37,969 nucleotides of DNA from an uncultured Bacteriovoracaceae bacterium. Lineage in GTDB: Bacteria > Desulfobacterota > Desulfomonilia > UBA1062. The stretch is taken from NCBI GenBank assembly GCA_964353605.1, contig CAYGXB010000002.1, forward strand, positions 1 to 37,969. The letters run 5' to 3'. Shown here piece by piece: positions 7,854 to 16,083 of this stretch. Made by a program: the position numbers and the translations under genes. Each line of letters opens with the position of its first letter. Position 1 is the stretch's first letter. The notes below the pieces were generated by a model. It was not told the DNA's origin. It ran no database searches and saw only the letters and a list, made by a program, of their open reading frames with translations.

Positions 7854-9230
7854 TTAATAGTGTTTTTTCCTCCTATTGGACGGCAGTATACCTAATGACT
7901 CCCTGTACTTTGCAACCGTTCGCCTGGCGATCTCCACCCCCTTTCCTCGTAATATCTTGGCTATGGCCTGATCGGACAATGGGTGTTTCGTGTTCTCGTT
8001 CTTGATGATGTTCTCGATCTCGGACTTGATGCTCTGCGAGGCCACGAAGCTCCCATCGCTCTTTGATATCCCGCTAGAAAAAAAGAACTTGAGCTCGAAT
8101 GTCCCCTGTGGCGTGTGGACATACTTATTGGACGTTACCCGGCTGATGGTGGATTCATGCATACCGACATCCTCGGCCACATCGCGGAGCACGAGCGGGT
8201 TGAGGTTGGTGATCCCACGCTCGAGGAAATCCCTTTGGAAGCGCATGATGCTCTCCGTCACCTTCATCAAGGTGTTCTGCCGCTGCTGGATGCTCTTGAT
8301 CAGCCATTGGGCAGATTTCAGGCGGTCGCGGAGGTAATCCCTGGCCACCTTGCTGACACTGATCGAGGTAACCATCTCCTGGTATTGCCTGTTGAGGGTC
8401 AGGGCCGGGATTTCGTCTTCATTGAGCACCGCGGCGTAATCCCCGTTCACCTGTACGACATAGACGTCAGGGACGATGTATTGCGGGGGGTCATCGGAAT
8501 AGTCCCTGGCCGGTCGTGGCTCCATGTTGGTGATGATCTCTGCCGCGTAACCGACCTCCTGCACGGTGACACCGAGGTCCTGGGCTATCTTGTCATAATT
8601 CTTGGTCTGGAGGTCAGCCAGGTGCGTATCGATGATCCTTTCCACGAGCGACCCCTCGAGTCCCAGAACCCTGGCCTGGATGTGGAGGCAGTCCTTCAGG
8701 TCACGTGCAGCAATGCCGGGGGGATCGAAGGCCTGGATCTTCTTGAGCACGGCCTCGGCCTTTTCCGCACAGCACCAGGTGGAATCGCATATCGTCTGGA
8801 TATCCACCCCGAGATAACCGTTATGGTCGAGGTTGCCGACGATGAAGACCCCGACGGCGCGCTCCTCCTCATTGAGGTCATGGAGCCGCAGCTGCCAGAA
8901 GAGGTAATCATAGAGCCCCTCGGGCTTGCTGCAGGTCGCCTCGAGCGACGGGCGTTCATCGTCTTCGGTATAGGGGATATTGTCCTGGCCATAGGTTTCG
9001 AGATAGGACTCCCATTTCCGCTTGAGGAGCAGGTTGTTCATCTCCTGTGCCTCGGCCTTTTCCTGGGGGGTGAGGTCCGTTTCCAAGAGGGGGTTGGATT
9101 CCAGCTCCTGGGTAATGTATTCCTCGAGTTCGAGCCGGGAGAGCTGCAGGAGCTTGATGGCCTGCTGGAGCTGCGGCGTCATGATGAGCTGCTGCGCAAG
9201 TTTCAGATGCTGCTTGATCTCCAGTGCCAT
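7854..9230 (-). CDS. rpoN: RNA polymerase sigma-54 factor
   Basis: 458 aa. The N-terminal region I is Gln/Leu-rich (LKLAQQLIMTPQLQQAIKLLQL). The C-terminal RpoN box is ARRTVAKYR. Confidence 0.95.
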   Translation of the reverse strand: MALEIKQHLKLAQQLIMTPQLQQAIKLLQLSRLELEEYITQELESNPLLETDLTPQEKAEAQEMNNLLLKRKWESYLETYGQDNIPYTEDDERPSLEATCSKPEGLYDYLFWQLRLHDLNEEERAVGVFIVGNLDHNGYLGVDIQTICDSTWCCAEKAEAVLKKIQAFDPPGIAARDLKDCLHIQARVLGLEGSLVERIIDTHLADLQTKNYDKIAQDLGVTVQEVGYAAEIITNMEPRPARDYSDDPPQYIVPDVYVVQVNGDYAAVLNEDEIPALTLNRQYQEMVTSISVSKVARDYLRDRLKSAQWLIKSIQQRQNTLMKVTESIMRFQRDFLERGITNLNPLVLRDVAEDVGMHESTISRVTSNKYVHTPQGTFELKFFFSSGISKSDGSFVASQSIKSEIENIIKNENTKHPLSDQAIAKILRGKGVEIARRTVAKYRESLGILPSNRRKKHY

Positions 9231-9243
9231 GCTAAAATCCCCT

Positions 9244-9975
9244 TCAGCTCAATGAGAAATCATCTCCCACGTAGATTTCGCGCACCTGCTCATTTTCAAT
9301 GACATGCTCGGGTGAGCCCTGCTCGATGACCAGTCCCTGATGGATGATATAGGCCCTCTCGCAGATCTTCAAGGTCTCCCTGACATTATGATCGGTGATG
9401 ATGATCCCGATCCCTTTTCCCTTCAGATGCAGGATCATATCCTGGATGTCGTTGAGCGTGATGGGGTCGATGCCGGCGAAAGGCTCATCCAGCAAAAGGC
9501 AGCGCGGTTTCAACGCCATGGCCCGGGCGATCTCGACCCTGCGCCGCTCACCGCCGGACAGCGATACCCCCTTCTGCGTGCGGACCTGCACGAGGCCGAA
9601 GCTGCTCACGATGGCGTCGATCTCCTCCCGCAGTGCACCCCCTTTCAGCCCCTTGGCCTCCAAGGGAACCGAGATGTTCTGCTCGACGGTGAGTCCTCGG
9701 AATATGGATGCCTCCTGAGGCAGATAGCCAATGCCGCGTCGTGCCCGGCCGGAGAGGTCGAGGCCGGTGATGTCTTCATCGCCTATGAAGACCTGCCCCT
9801 TGTCAGGACGGATCAGCCCTACGATCATATAGAAGGTGGTGGTCTTTCCGGCGCCGTTTGGGCCGAGGAGGCCGATGATCTCGCCGGGCGAGCATTCCAA
9901 ATCCAACCCCTTGATGATGCGGGCGCGCCCAAAGCTCTTTTCAAGGCCGTATGCCCTGAGCGTTACATCTACCAT
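9244..9975 (-). CDS. lptB: LPS export ABC transporter ATP-binding protein LptB
   Basis: 243 aa. It has Walker A GPNGAGKTT, ABC signature LSGGERRR and Walker B LLLDEP. Its position between lptA and rpoN fits. Confidence 0.9.
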   Translation of the reverse strand: MVDVTLRAYGLEKSFGRARIIKGLDLECSPGEIIGLLGPNGAGKTTTFYMIVGLIRPDKGQVFIGDEDITGLDLSGRARRGIGYLPQEASIFRGLTVEQNISVPLEAKGLKGGALREEIDAIVSSFGLVQVRTQKGVSLSGGERRRVEIARAMALKPRCLLLDEPFAGIDPITLNDIQDMILHLKGKGIGIIITDHNVRETLKICERAYIIHQGLVIEQGSPEHVIENEQVREIYVGDDFSLS

Positions 9976-10469
9976 GGGAGAGCTGACCCCTCGCCCGTCT
10001 TCACCTTGATCTTTACCCTGCCGCCCCGACCTTCGACCACCTGATGGTCTGTCGCCATATCCATGACGACCTTCTGGCCGGTCAACCGTTCCTCCCCGCG
10101 GACGATGACGACATTTCCCATGAGGATCACCTTCCTTTGCTCATTCTGGAAAATGGCCTTGTTACAGGTGGCATCCCTGTCCAGCCAGTGGATGGAAACA
10201 TTCCCCTCGGCAACGAACTGGTCCATCTTCTTCGTCTGATTATTGTAGAAGAGCCGCAAGGTATTGCTTTTCAAAAGCATGTCGCCCTTTGTGGCCCATA
10301 CATTTCCCTGAAAGAAGGCCTCCCCCTTGTTTTTGTACACGTCCAACTTATCAGCCTCCACTTCGACCATATCGGATTGCACGGATGCATCCTTTAGCTT
10401 CTCAGCCCCCAGAGCCAACGATGGCACGAGGATGCTAACTGTCCAGAGGAATATGAGATATCTGCGCAT
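9969..10469 (-). CDS. lptA: lipopolysaccharide transport periplasmic protein LptA (OstA-like)
   Basis: ORF 9969..10478. The ATG at 10469 is preceded by GGTGGAG. A signal peptide ends in LALGA. An OstA-like beta-jellyroll repeat pattern is present. Synteny with lptC and lptB supports the call. Confidence 0.8.
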   Translation of the reverse strand: MRRYLIFLWTVSILVPSLALGAEKLKDASVQSDMVEVEADKLDVYKNKGEAFFQGNVWATKGDMLLKSNTLRLFYNNQTKKMDQFVAEGNVSIHWLDRDATCNKAIFQNEQRKVILMGNVVIVRGEERLTGQKVVMDMATDHQVVEGRGGRVKIKVKTGEGSALPW

Positions 10470-10986
10470 GTACTCCACCTATAAAACTAATTCGTGAAAG
10501 ATCATCGAGGAACTCGGCGCCTTGCGCCTCGATGACCCCGTCAGCCGTCACCAGTCTAACAGGATTATGCGTCCGTGCCAATCGGGATCTCCTGTCCCAG
10601 GTGAGGCTCCTGAAGAAGCCCTTTAAACCATCCGAGGTCTCTAGGGTGATGTCGCCATCAACCACCAGTCGGGATGTGTTCATGTCATAGGTCGCATGGG
10701 GGGCATGCATGCGGAGCTTGCCAGCGTGGTCCAGGTCAAGGGTTTCGAATATGATCGTGTTGTCCTGTTTCTGGGCTGCGCTGGCCGCATGGATGGTGGT
10801 GGACGTGAGGGATTCCAGGTTCACTTCGTAGAGGGTGATGTTGCGTGCCGAGCGGAGGAAATTCTGCTCGCCCTGCATCATCTGCCGGACGCCGGGGCCG
10901 CTTGTCTTCACCATGATCAATACCCCGACGATGATGCCGATAACAAGCAATACCTTATACCACATAGCGCTCCATGACCGCTTCAT
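10435..10986 (-). CDS. lptC: LPS export system protein LptC
   Basis: 183 aa with a single N-terminal TM helix (VLLVIGIIVGVLIMV) and a periplasmic beta-rich domain. It lies between kdsC and lptA. The start is uncertain (10986 or 10965). Confidence 0.7.
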   Translation of the reverse strand: MKRSWSAMWYKVLLVIGIIVGVLIMVKTSGPGVRQMMQGEQNFLRSARNITLYEVNLESLTSTTIHAASAAQKQDNTIIFETLDLDHAGKLRMHAPHATYDMNTSRLVVDGDITLETSDGLKGFFRSLTWDRRSRLARTHNPVRLVTADGVIEAQGAEFLDDLSRISFIGGVHAQISHIPLDS

Positions 10987-11458
10987 ACAGTCCCAGGCGT
11001 TTCAGGAGGATCTCGATGGCCTCCCTCACTGCCCCATGGCCTCCATTTCGTTCCGTTACGTAATCCACCCGTGATTTCACTATGTCCATGGCATCGTGCG
11101 GGGCGAAGGTGAGCCCGCACAATGCCATGGCGGGCAGGTCCACCACATCGTCGCCCATATAGGCAATTTCCTCGGTCGAGCAGCCGAGACTCTGCGCCAG
11201 CTCCAGGAGGGCTGGCTTCTTCTCCTTCGCGCCTTGGATGAGGTGCTCTATCCCCAGTTCGCTCACTCTATGCTCGAGCGCCCTCGAGATCCTGCCCGTG
11301 ATGATGGCCACCTCAATGCCTGCCCGCATGATGAGCTTGAGACCATGACCGTCCTTGCAGTTGAAGGCCTTCATCTCCTCACCGCTGTCACTGATATAGA
11401 TCTTCGAGTCGGTGAGTACACCGTCTGCATCGAGCACCAGCACCCTGATCTTTTTCAT
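10955..11458 (-). CDS. kdsC: 3-deoxy-D-manno-octulosonate 8-phosphate phosphatase (HAD-IIIA, YrbI family)
   Basis: 167 aa. It has the HAD motif I LVLDADGVLTD and the pattern GDD..D near the C-terminal third. Synteny with kdsA supports the call. Confidence 0.85.
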   Translation of the reverse strand: MKKIRVLVLDADGVLTDSKIYISDSGEEMKAFNCKDGHGLKLIMRAGIEVAIITGRISRALEHRVSELGIEHLIQGAKEKKPALLELAQSLGCSTEEIAYMGDDVVDLPAMALCGLTFAPHDAMDIVKSRVDYVTERNGGHGAVREAIEILLKRLGLYEAVMERYVV

Positions 11459-12267
11459 GCCACTATCCTGTGTATTGCTACCACCTGTTTGAGCAAGGGT
11501 TCGAGGTCGATCAGCCTGAGCGAATTCGGACCGTCGCTCAGGGCGGCCTCCGGACGGTCATGGACCTCCATGAAGAGGGCATCGACGCCGAAGGCAACCC
11601 CGGCGCGCGCCAGCGGGGCGATGAACTCCCTATTTCCGCCGGAGGAAGCTCCCCTCCCACCCGGCAACTGAAGGCTGTGGGTGACATCGAACACAACCGG
11701 TTTCCCGAAGGTACGCATGATACCAAGCGACCTGAGGTCGCAAACGAGGTTGTTGTATCCGAACGAAGCGCCGCGTTCGGTGAGGAGCACGGCCTTGTTG
11801 CCCGTGCTCTCGACCTTTTTCACCGCATTGAGCATATCCCAGGGGGCCATGAACTGCCCCTTCTTGATATTGACCGGCTTCCCAGCAGCACCTGCGGCTA
11901 GTAGGAGATCGGTCTGCCGGCAGAGGAAGGCAGGGATCTGGAGGAGGTCGAGCACCCTTGCTGCTCTATTGGCCTGGGAAGGCTCATGGATATCCGTGGT
12001 GATGGGAATATCGAGATCCACCTTGATCCCGGAGAGGATAGCGAGCCCTTCTTTCAGGCCGGGGCCGCGGAATCCGTCGATGGACGACCGGTTCGCCTTG
12101 TCGAACGAGGCCTTGAAGATAAAGGGCACACGCAGGCGTGCGGTGATCTCCTTGAGAGCCGCTGCCATTTCATACGCATGCTCCCTGGATTCAATGATGC
12201 ACGGCCCGGCGATTAAAACCAGGTCGCCGCCACCGATGGTAACTTCACCGACCTTTACCGCCATCAT
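11455..12267 (-). CDS. kdsA: 3-deoxy-8-phosphooctulonate synthase
   Basis: 270 aa. Recognisable KdsA blocks include [19 protein letters not shown] and [11 protein letters not shown]. Its ends overlap pyrG and kdsC. Confidence 0.9.
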   Translation of the reverse strand: MMAVKVGEVTIGGGDLVLIAGPCIIESREHAYEMAAALKEITARLRVPFIFKASFDKANRSSIDGFRGPGLKEGLAILSGIKVDLDIPITTDIHEPSQANRAARVLDLLQIPAFLCRQTDLLLAAGAAGKPVNIKKGQFMAPWDMLNAVKKVESTGNKAVLLTERGASFGYNNLVCDLRSLGIMRTFGKPVVFDVTHSLQLPGGRGASSGGNREFIAPLARAGVAFGVDALFMEVHDRPEAALSDGPNSLRLIDLEPLLKQVVAIHRIVA

Positions 12268-13886
12268 TCCCCGCTTTGCCTGTATGCGACACTCGCTCTG
12301 ATGAATTCCCGGAAGAGCGGGTGGGCGCTTAAGGGTTTGGACTTGAACTCAGGATGGAATTGGCACCCGAGGAACCACGGGTGGTCAGGGATCTCGATGA
12401 TCTCGACCAGATTCGTCTGGGGATTGCGTCCGCTGATGAGCAGACCTCCGTTCGTCAGCTGATCCTCGAAGGTGCTGTTGAGCTCGTACCGGTGCCGATG
12501 CCGTTCGGATATCATTTCGATCCCGTAGGCCTGCAGGGCTTTCGTGTCAGGACTAAGCCGACACTCATAGGCGCCGAGCCGCATAGTGCCGCCCTTTTTT
12601 GTGATGGTCCGCTGTCCGGGGAGGAAATCGATAACCGGATAAGGGGTATGGGGATCGAACTCGGTTGAGTTCGATCCCTGCATACCGCAGATGTTGCGCG
12701 CAAACTCCACCACGGCAAGCTGCATCCCCAGACATATTCCGAAGTAGGGTATCCTGTTCCTGCGGGCATAACCGGCGGCGATAATCTTGCCTTCCACGCC
12801 CCGCTCCCCGAAACCGCCGGGGATGAGGATGCCGTGGATACCCTCGAAGACGGCCTTGAGATCTGCATCCACGGTAAGCTTATCCGATTCCGTATAGATG
12901 CGGTTTACCTTGACGTCGTTGGTGATCCCGCCATGCTCGAGAGCCTCATTCAGGCTCTTGTATGCATCCATGAGCTTCACGTACTTGCCCACGATCGCGA
13001 TATTCACCTCTTGCTTCCGGCCCTGGAGCTTCTCGATGAGAAGCTCCCATGATTTCATCTGCGGCTCCCGGGTCCAGATATTCAAGTACTCGACGATCTT
13101 GTTATCAAGCCCCTCGCGGTGAAATTCCAGGGGCACCTGGTAGACGCTTTGCACATCCACGGCATTGATCACCGCATCCTTCTCCACATTGCAGAACAGG
13201 GCGATCTTCTCCTTGAGCTCCATCGAGAGCCGCTTCTCGCTGCGGCAGAGGAGGATCTGGGGCTGGATCCCGATCTCCCTGAGCTTCTGCACCGAGTGCT
13301 GGGTGGGTTTGGTTTTCAGCTCGCCGGCGCTGATGATATAGGGGACAAGCGTGAGGTGGATGTATAGGACGTTGTTCCTCCCCATATCGAAGCCGAACTG
13401 CCGGATGGCCTCGAGGAAGGGCAGCGATTCTATATCGCCGACCGTGCCACCGATTTCGATGATGGCGATATCATAGCCATCTGCGGCCTGCCGGATGCGG
13501 ACCTTGATCTCGTCCGTGATATGTGGGATCACCTGGACTGTTTTGCCGAGATATTCGCCGCTTCTCTCCTTCTGGATCACGGCATCATATACCTGGCCCG
13601 TGGTGAAATTGTTCTTTGCGGACAGCGCGGTGGAGGTGAAACGTTCGTAATGTCCGAGGTCGAGATCGGTCTCCGCCCCGTCCTCGGTCACGAAGGCCTC
13701 CCCGTGCTGGAAAGGACTCATGGTTCCGGGGTCGACATTGATATAGGGGTCGAGCTTGATGTTTGTGACCGTTAAGCCCCTGGTCTCCATGATGGCTCCG
13801 ATAGAGGCTGCGGCAAGACCCTTCCCCAGGGAAGACAGCACACCGCCGGTGATGAAGATATACTTGGTATTCTTGTGCGCTTCCAT
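12264..13886 (-). CDS. pyrG: CTP synthase
   Basis: 540 aa. The N-terminus is [16 protein letters not shown]. The glutaminase catalytic site is GICLGMQ, and the motif HRHRYE is present. Confidence 0.95.
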   Translation of the reverse strand: MEAHKNTKYIFITGGVLSSLGKGLAAASIGAIMETRGLTVTNIKLDPYINVDPGTMSPFQHGEAFVTEDGAETDLDLGHYERFTSTALSAKNNFTTGQVYDAVIQKERSGEYLGKTVQVIPHITDEIKVRIRQAADGYDIAIIEIGGTVGDIESLPFLEAIRQFGFDMGRNNVLYIHLTLVPYIISAGELKTKPTQHSVQKLREIGIQPQILLCRSEKRLSMELKEKIALFCNVEKDAVINAVDVQSVYQVPLEFHREGLDNKIVEYLNIWTREPQMKSWELLIEKLQGRKQEVNIAIVGKYVKLMDAYKSLNEALEHGGITNDVKVNRIYTESDKLTVDADLKAVFEGIHGILIPGGFGERGVEGKIIAAGYARRNRIPYFGICLGMQLAVVEFARNICGMQGSNSTEFDPHTPYPVIDFLPGQRTITKKGGTMRLGAYECRLSPDTKALQAYGIEMISERHRHRYELNSTFEDQLTNGGLLISGRNPQTNLVEIIEIPDHPWFLGCQFHPEFKSKPLSAHPLFREFIRASVAYRQSGE

Positions 13887-13927
13887 TCCTCAGGGTTTAG
13901 CTTATGGGGAGCTTGAGTGTCAAGGGC

Positions 13928-14046
13928 ATTCGCCCCCCCCAGACTCTCTCGAATAGGGGATGGAATGGACCCGGTACATCCCTGACCGTCGCCTTTTATG
14001 CGTGCCTGTCGGCACGTCCAATTTTAGTGTCCTGTAAAATTGTGAG
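13928..14046. repeat. structured intergenic element, copy 2 (partner at 1933-2045)
   Basis: It has the same block order and orientation as copy 1. The 3' block 14000-14045 matches 2001-2044 at about 40 of 46 aligned positions. The stems are conserved and the loops differ. Confidence 0.6.
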
Positions 14047-14051
14047 CTTTT

Positions 14052-14687
14052 TTACCGGCGGGCGATGAGCCGTTCCAGCCAGGGGAGGAAGAGGGTCAGG
14101 CTCGCATCCTTCACCCAGGCGCGGTACTCGTTCCCTTCGGGGTCCATGTTCAAGAGCTGGGCCTGGCAGGACATGGCGCCAAGCAGGGAGATGATGAGGT
14201 TGTGAAAGCAATAGATGAACATTTCGATCTCGCGGCTGGAGCCCTTTAACGGAACCCTTTTCTCTAGCATGCGTCGCATCCGGGCCATCTGGAGGATGAT
14301 GTAACGGTGACCGGGGATCTCCTCAAGTCGGCCGATATGGACCATGTTCAGGGCAACGAGCTGCAGAGCGCTGGGGTCGCTGAGATGATAGTCGATCATA
14401 CGGTCGAGGAAAATGGACAGGCCTTCCTGGGGCCTCAGGTGCTCGAAACCTTCAAGCCAAGTTTCCTGCGCCCGGCCGTACGCTTCATAGATATCGGCCG
14501 TGACCGCCTCATAGAGCTTCTCCTTTGAGCCGAAGTAGTAATGGATCAGCGGATGCTCCACGTGCGCCGCCTTGGCTACCATGCGCGTAGTGGCGGCCTG
14601 GTAGGAATTCAGCGCGAACACCTGACCGGCGGCCTTGAGGATCCTTTCCCGCGCATTGCCTGCATCAGGGCTGTTGCGATGCTTCAC
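14052..14687 (-). CDS. TetR/AcrR family transcriptional regulator
   Basis: 211 aa with a GTG start preceded by AGGAG. The N-terminal HTH is RERILKAAGQVFALNSYQAATTRMVAKAAHVEHPLIHYYFGSKEKLY. It is divergent from the acyl-CoA dehydrogenase operon. Confidence 0.9.
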   Translation of the reverse strand: MKHRNSPDAGNARERILKAAGQVFALNSYQAATTRMVAKAAHVEHPLIHYYFGSKEKLYEAVTADIYEAYGRAQETWLEGFEHLRPQEGLSIFLDRMIDYHLSDPSALQLVALNMVHIGRLEEIPGHRYIILQMARMRRMLEKRVPLKGSSREIEMFIYCFHNLIISLLGAMSCQAQLLNMDPEGNEYRAWVKDASLTLFLPWLERLIARR

Positions 14688-14798
14688 TGCCTATCGCTCC
14701 TGTTTCCCCGCCAGAGCGGGGTCATTATCATGCATGGGGCATGCTCATGCAATGTTGAAGACCCCCTTCCTGAGGGCTGTGTTTATCGAACGTGATAT

Positions 14799-14812
14799 TT
14801 ACCATATGGTAA
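14799..14812. promoter_or_regulatory. candidate TetR operator 1 (perfect palindrome TTACCATATGGTAA)
   Basis: This is a 14-bp perfect inverted repeat in the divergent spacer. The same core recurs at 14881-14898. Confidence 0.6.
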
Positions 14813-14853
14813 TCAAAAGGTCAGCAAAAATAGTTTTTATTGCATTGAGATTA

Positions 14854-14883
14854 TTGACAAGATGATCTGCTGTTTGATATATT
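14854..14883 (+). promoter_or_regulatory. candidate sigma-70 promoter of the acyl-CoA dehydrogenase operon
   Basis: TTGACA (14854-14859), an 18-nt spacer, then TATATT (14878-14883). The -10 is overlapped by operator 2. Confidence 0.55.
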
Positions 14884-14898
14884 TACCATATGGTAAAT
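14881..14898. promoter_or_regulatory. candidate TetR operator 2 (perfect palindrome ATTTACCATATGGTAAAT)
   Basis: This is an 18-bp perfect inverted repeat sharing the 14-bp core of operator 1. It overlaps the predicted -10 and transcription start. Confidence 0.65.
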
Positions 14899-14961
14899 TT
14901 CAAGCCCGTTATCCTTTTGACAAGGAGGATATGAGACGGATATTCTGAAATGGAGGTCGGT

Positions 14962-16071
14962 ATGTTTTGTTTGGAACCATCTGAAGAACAGAAGATGATG
15001 CAGGAGACGGCGAGGAGCTTTGCCGCCGAACAGCTGCGGCCGCTCGCACACCAGTGCGACGAGGGCGGGGAGATTCCCGGCAGCCTCGTGGATAAGGCCT
15101 GGGAACTCGGGCTCATCAGCACGGTAATTCCAGAAGAGTGCGGGGGGGCAGGGATGGAGCGTCAAGCTGTCTCCGGGGTGCTCTTGTCCGAGGAACTGGC
15201 CTGGGGTGACCTTTCCCTGGCCATGACGATCCTGGCCCCTGCGCTGTTTGCCTACCCGCTCCTGACGGCAGGTACTCCCGAGCAGCAGAAGCACTACCTG
15301 CCTCTGGTCTGCGGGGGGAAACCCCCATGCCTCACCGCTGCCGTCATGGAACCCGTCATGGACTTTGATCCCGGCAGGCTTGCCTGTACGGCCATGTCCA
15401 AGAACGGCAGCTATCTGCTCACCGGGGGGAAGTGCCTCGTGCCCATGGGAAGCCAGGCCGAGAAATTTCTCGTCTATGCCTCTATAGAGGGCCAGAAGGG
15501 CTATGGTAACGTAGGCGGGTTTATTGTGGACCGTACGCAACAGGGACTGACGGTCAGCAGCCGTGAACGGAACATGGGGCTCAATGCCCTGGATACGGTT
15601 GGAATCGAACTCAGGGAAGTCGTGGTTGACCCTGAGGCCGTGCTGGGCGAAGGGAAAGGCTGCGATTTCTCGAGGATCATGAGCTATTCCCGGGTGGCCT
15701 TGAACGCCATGGCCGTGGGGGTGGCGCGGGCCGCTCATGAGTATGCCAGGGATTATGCCCTCCAGCGCTATGCCTTCGGCGAACCCATTGCCTACCGGCA
15801 GGCCATCAGCTTCATGCTCGCGGAGGATTTCATGGAGATCGAGGCCGCACGTCTCCTGACCTGGGAGGCCGCTTGGCGTCTCGATGCCGGTCATGATGCC
15901 TTCAAGGAGGCCTATCTGGCCAAGCTCTATGCCGATCAAGTGGTGGTCAAGGTCACGGACGATGCGGTGCAGACCTTAGGCGGCCACGGCTATATCCGCG
16001 AGCATCCTGTGGAGCGGTGGCTCAGAAACGGACGTGGTTTTTCCTGTTTTGAAGGCTTGGCCATCGTCTAA
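14962..16071 (+). CDS. acyl-CoA dehydrogenase family protein with degenerate cofactor motifs (possible non-catalytic partner subunit)
   Basis: ORF 14950..16071. The ATG at 14962 follows GGAGG (14952-14956) with 5-nt spacing. The ACAD fold is recognisable (LEPSEEQ.., LGGHGYIREHPVERWLRNGR). However, it has EPVMDFD in place of EPGAGSD and LVPMG in place of (F/W)ITNG, and it ends right after CFEG. Confidence 0.85.
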   Translation: MFCLEPSEEQKMMQETARSFAAEQLRPLAHQCDEGGEIPGSLVDKAWELGLISTVIPEECGGAGMERQAVSGVLLSEELAWGDLSLAMTILAPALFAYPLLTAGTPEQQKHYLPLVCGGKPPCLTAAVMEPVMDFDPGRLACTAMSKNGSYLLTGGKCLVPMGSQAEKFLVYASIEGQKGYGNVGGFIVDRTQQGLTVSSRERNMGLNALDTVGIELREVVVDPEAVLGEGKGCDFSRIMSYSRVALNAMAVGVARAAHEYARDYALQRYAFGEPIAYRQAISFMLAEDFMEIEAARLLTWEAAWRLDAGHDAFKEAYLAKLYADQVVVKVTDDAVQTLGGHGYIREHPVERWLRNGRGFSCFEGLAIV

Positions 16072-16083
16072 GAGGAGGGAAAG

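Noticed and set aside
8115-9302. A 395-aa ORF antisense to rpoN.
   Set aside because: rpoN is unambiguous on the opposite strand (region I and the RpoN box). The antisense product is D/E/L/G/H/V-rich with no motif. It is a shadow ORF.
13918-13923. A TTGACA hexamer on the pyrG strand as the pyrG promoter -35.
   Set aside because: It lies only 31 nt before the ATG, so any -10 at 16-18 nt spacing would start transcription at or after the start codon. No acceptable -10 hexamer follows.
14931-14948. A five-codon mini-ORF (MRRIF) after a perfect AAGGAGG upstream of the first ACAD gene, considered as a leader peptide.
   Set aside because: The SD-to-ATG spacing is only 1 nt. The ORF is too short to evaluate. 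The SD-like sequence is more simply a chance purine run in the 5' UTR.
14851-15939. A 362-aa minus-strand ORF covering the ACAD promoter and gene. A similar 358-aa ORF at 17381-18457 lies opposite the acyl-CoA ligase.
   Set aside because: Both are antisense to genes with clear family motifs and good SDs. Both run through obviously non-coding promoter and operator DNA. Their composition is typical of shadow frames.
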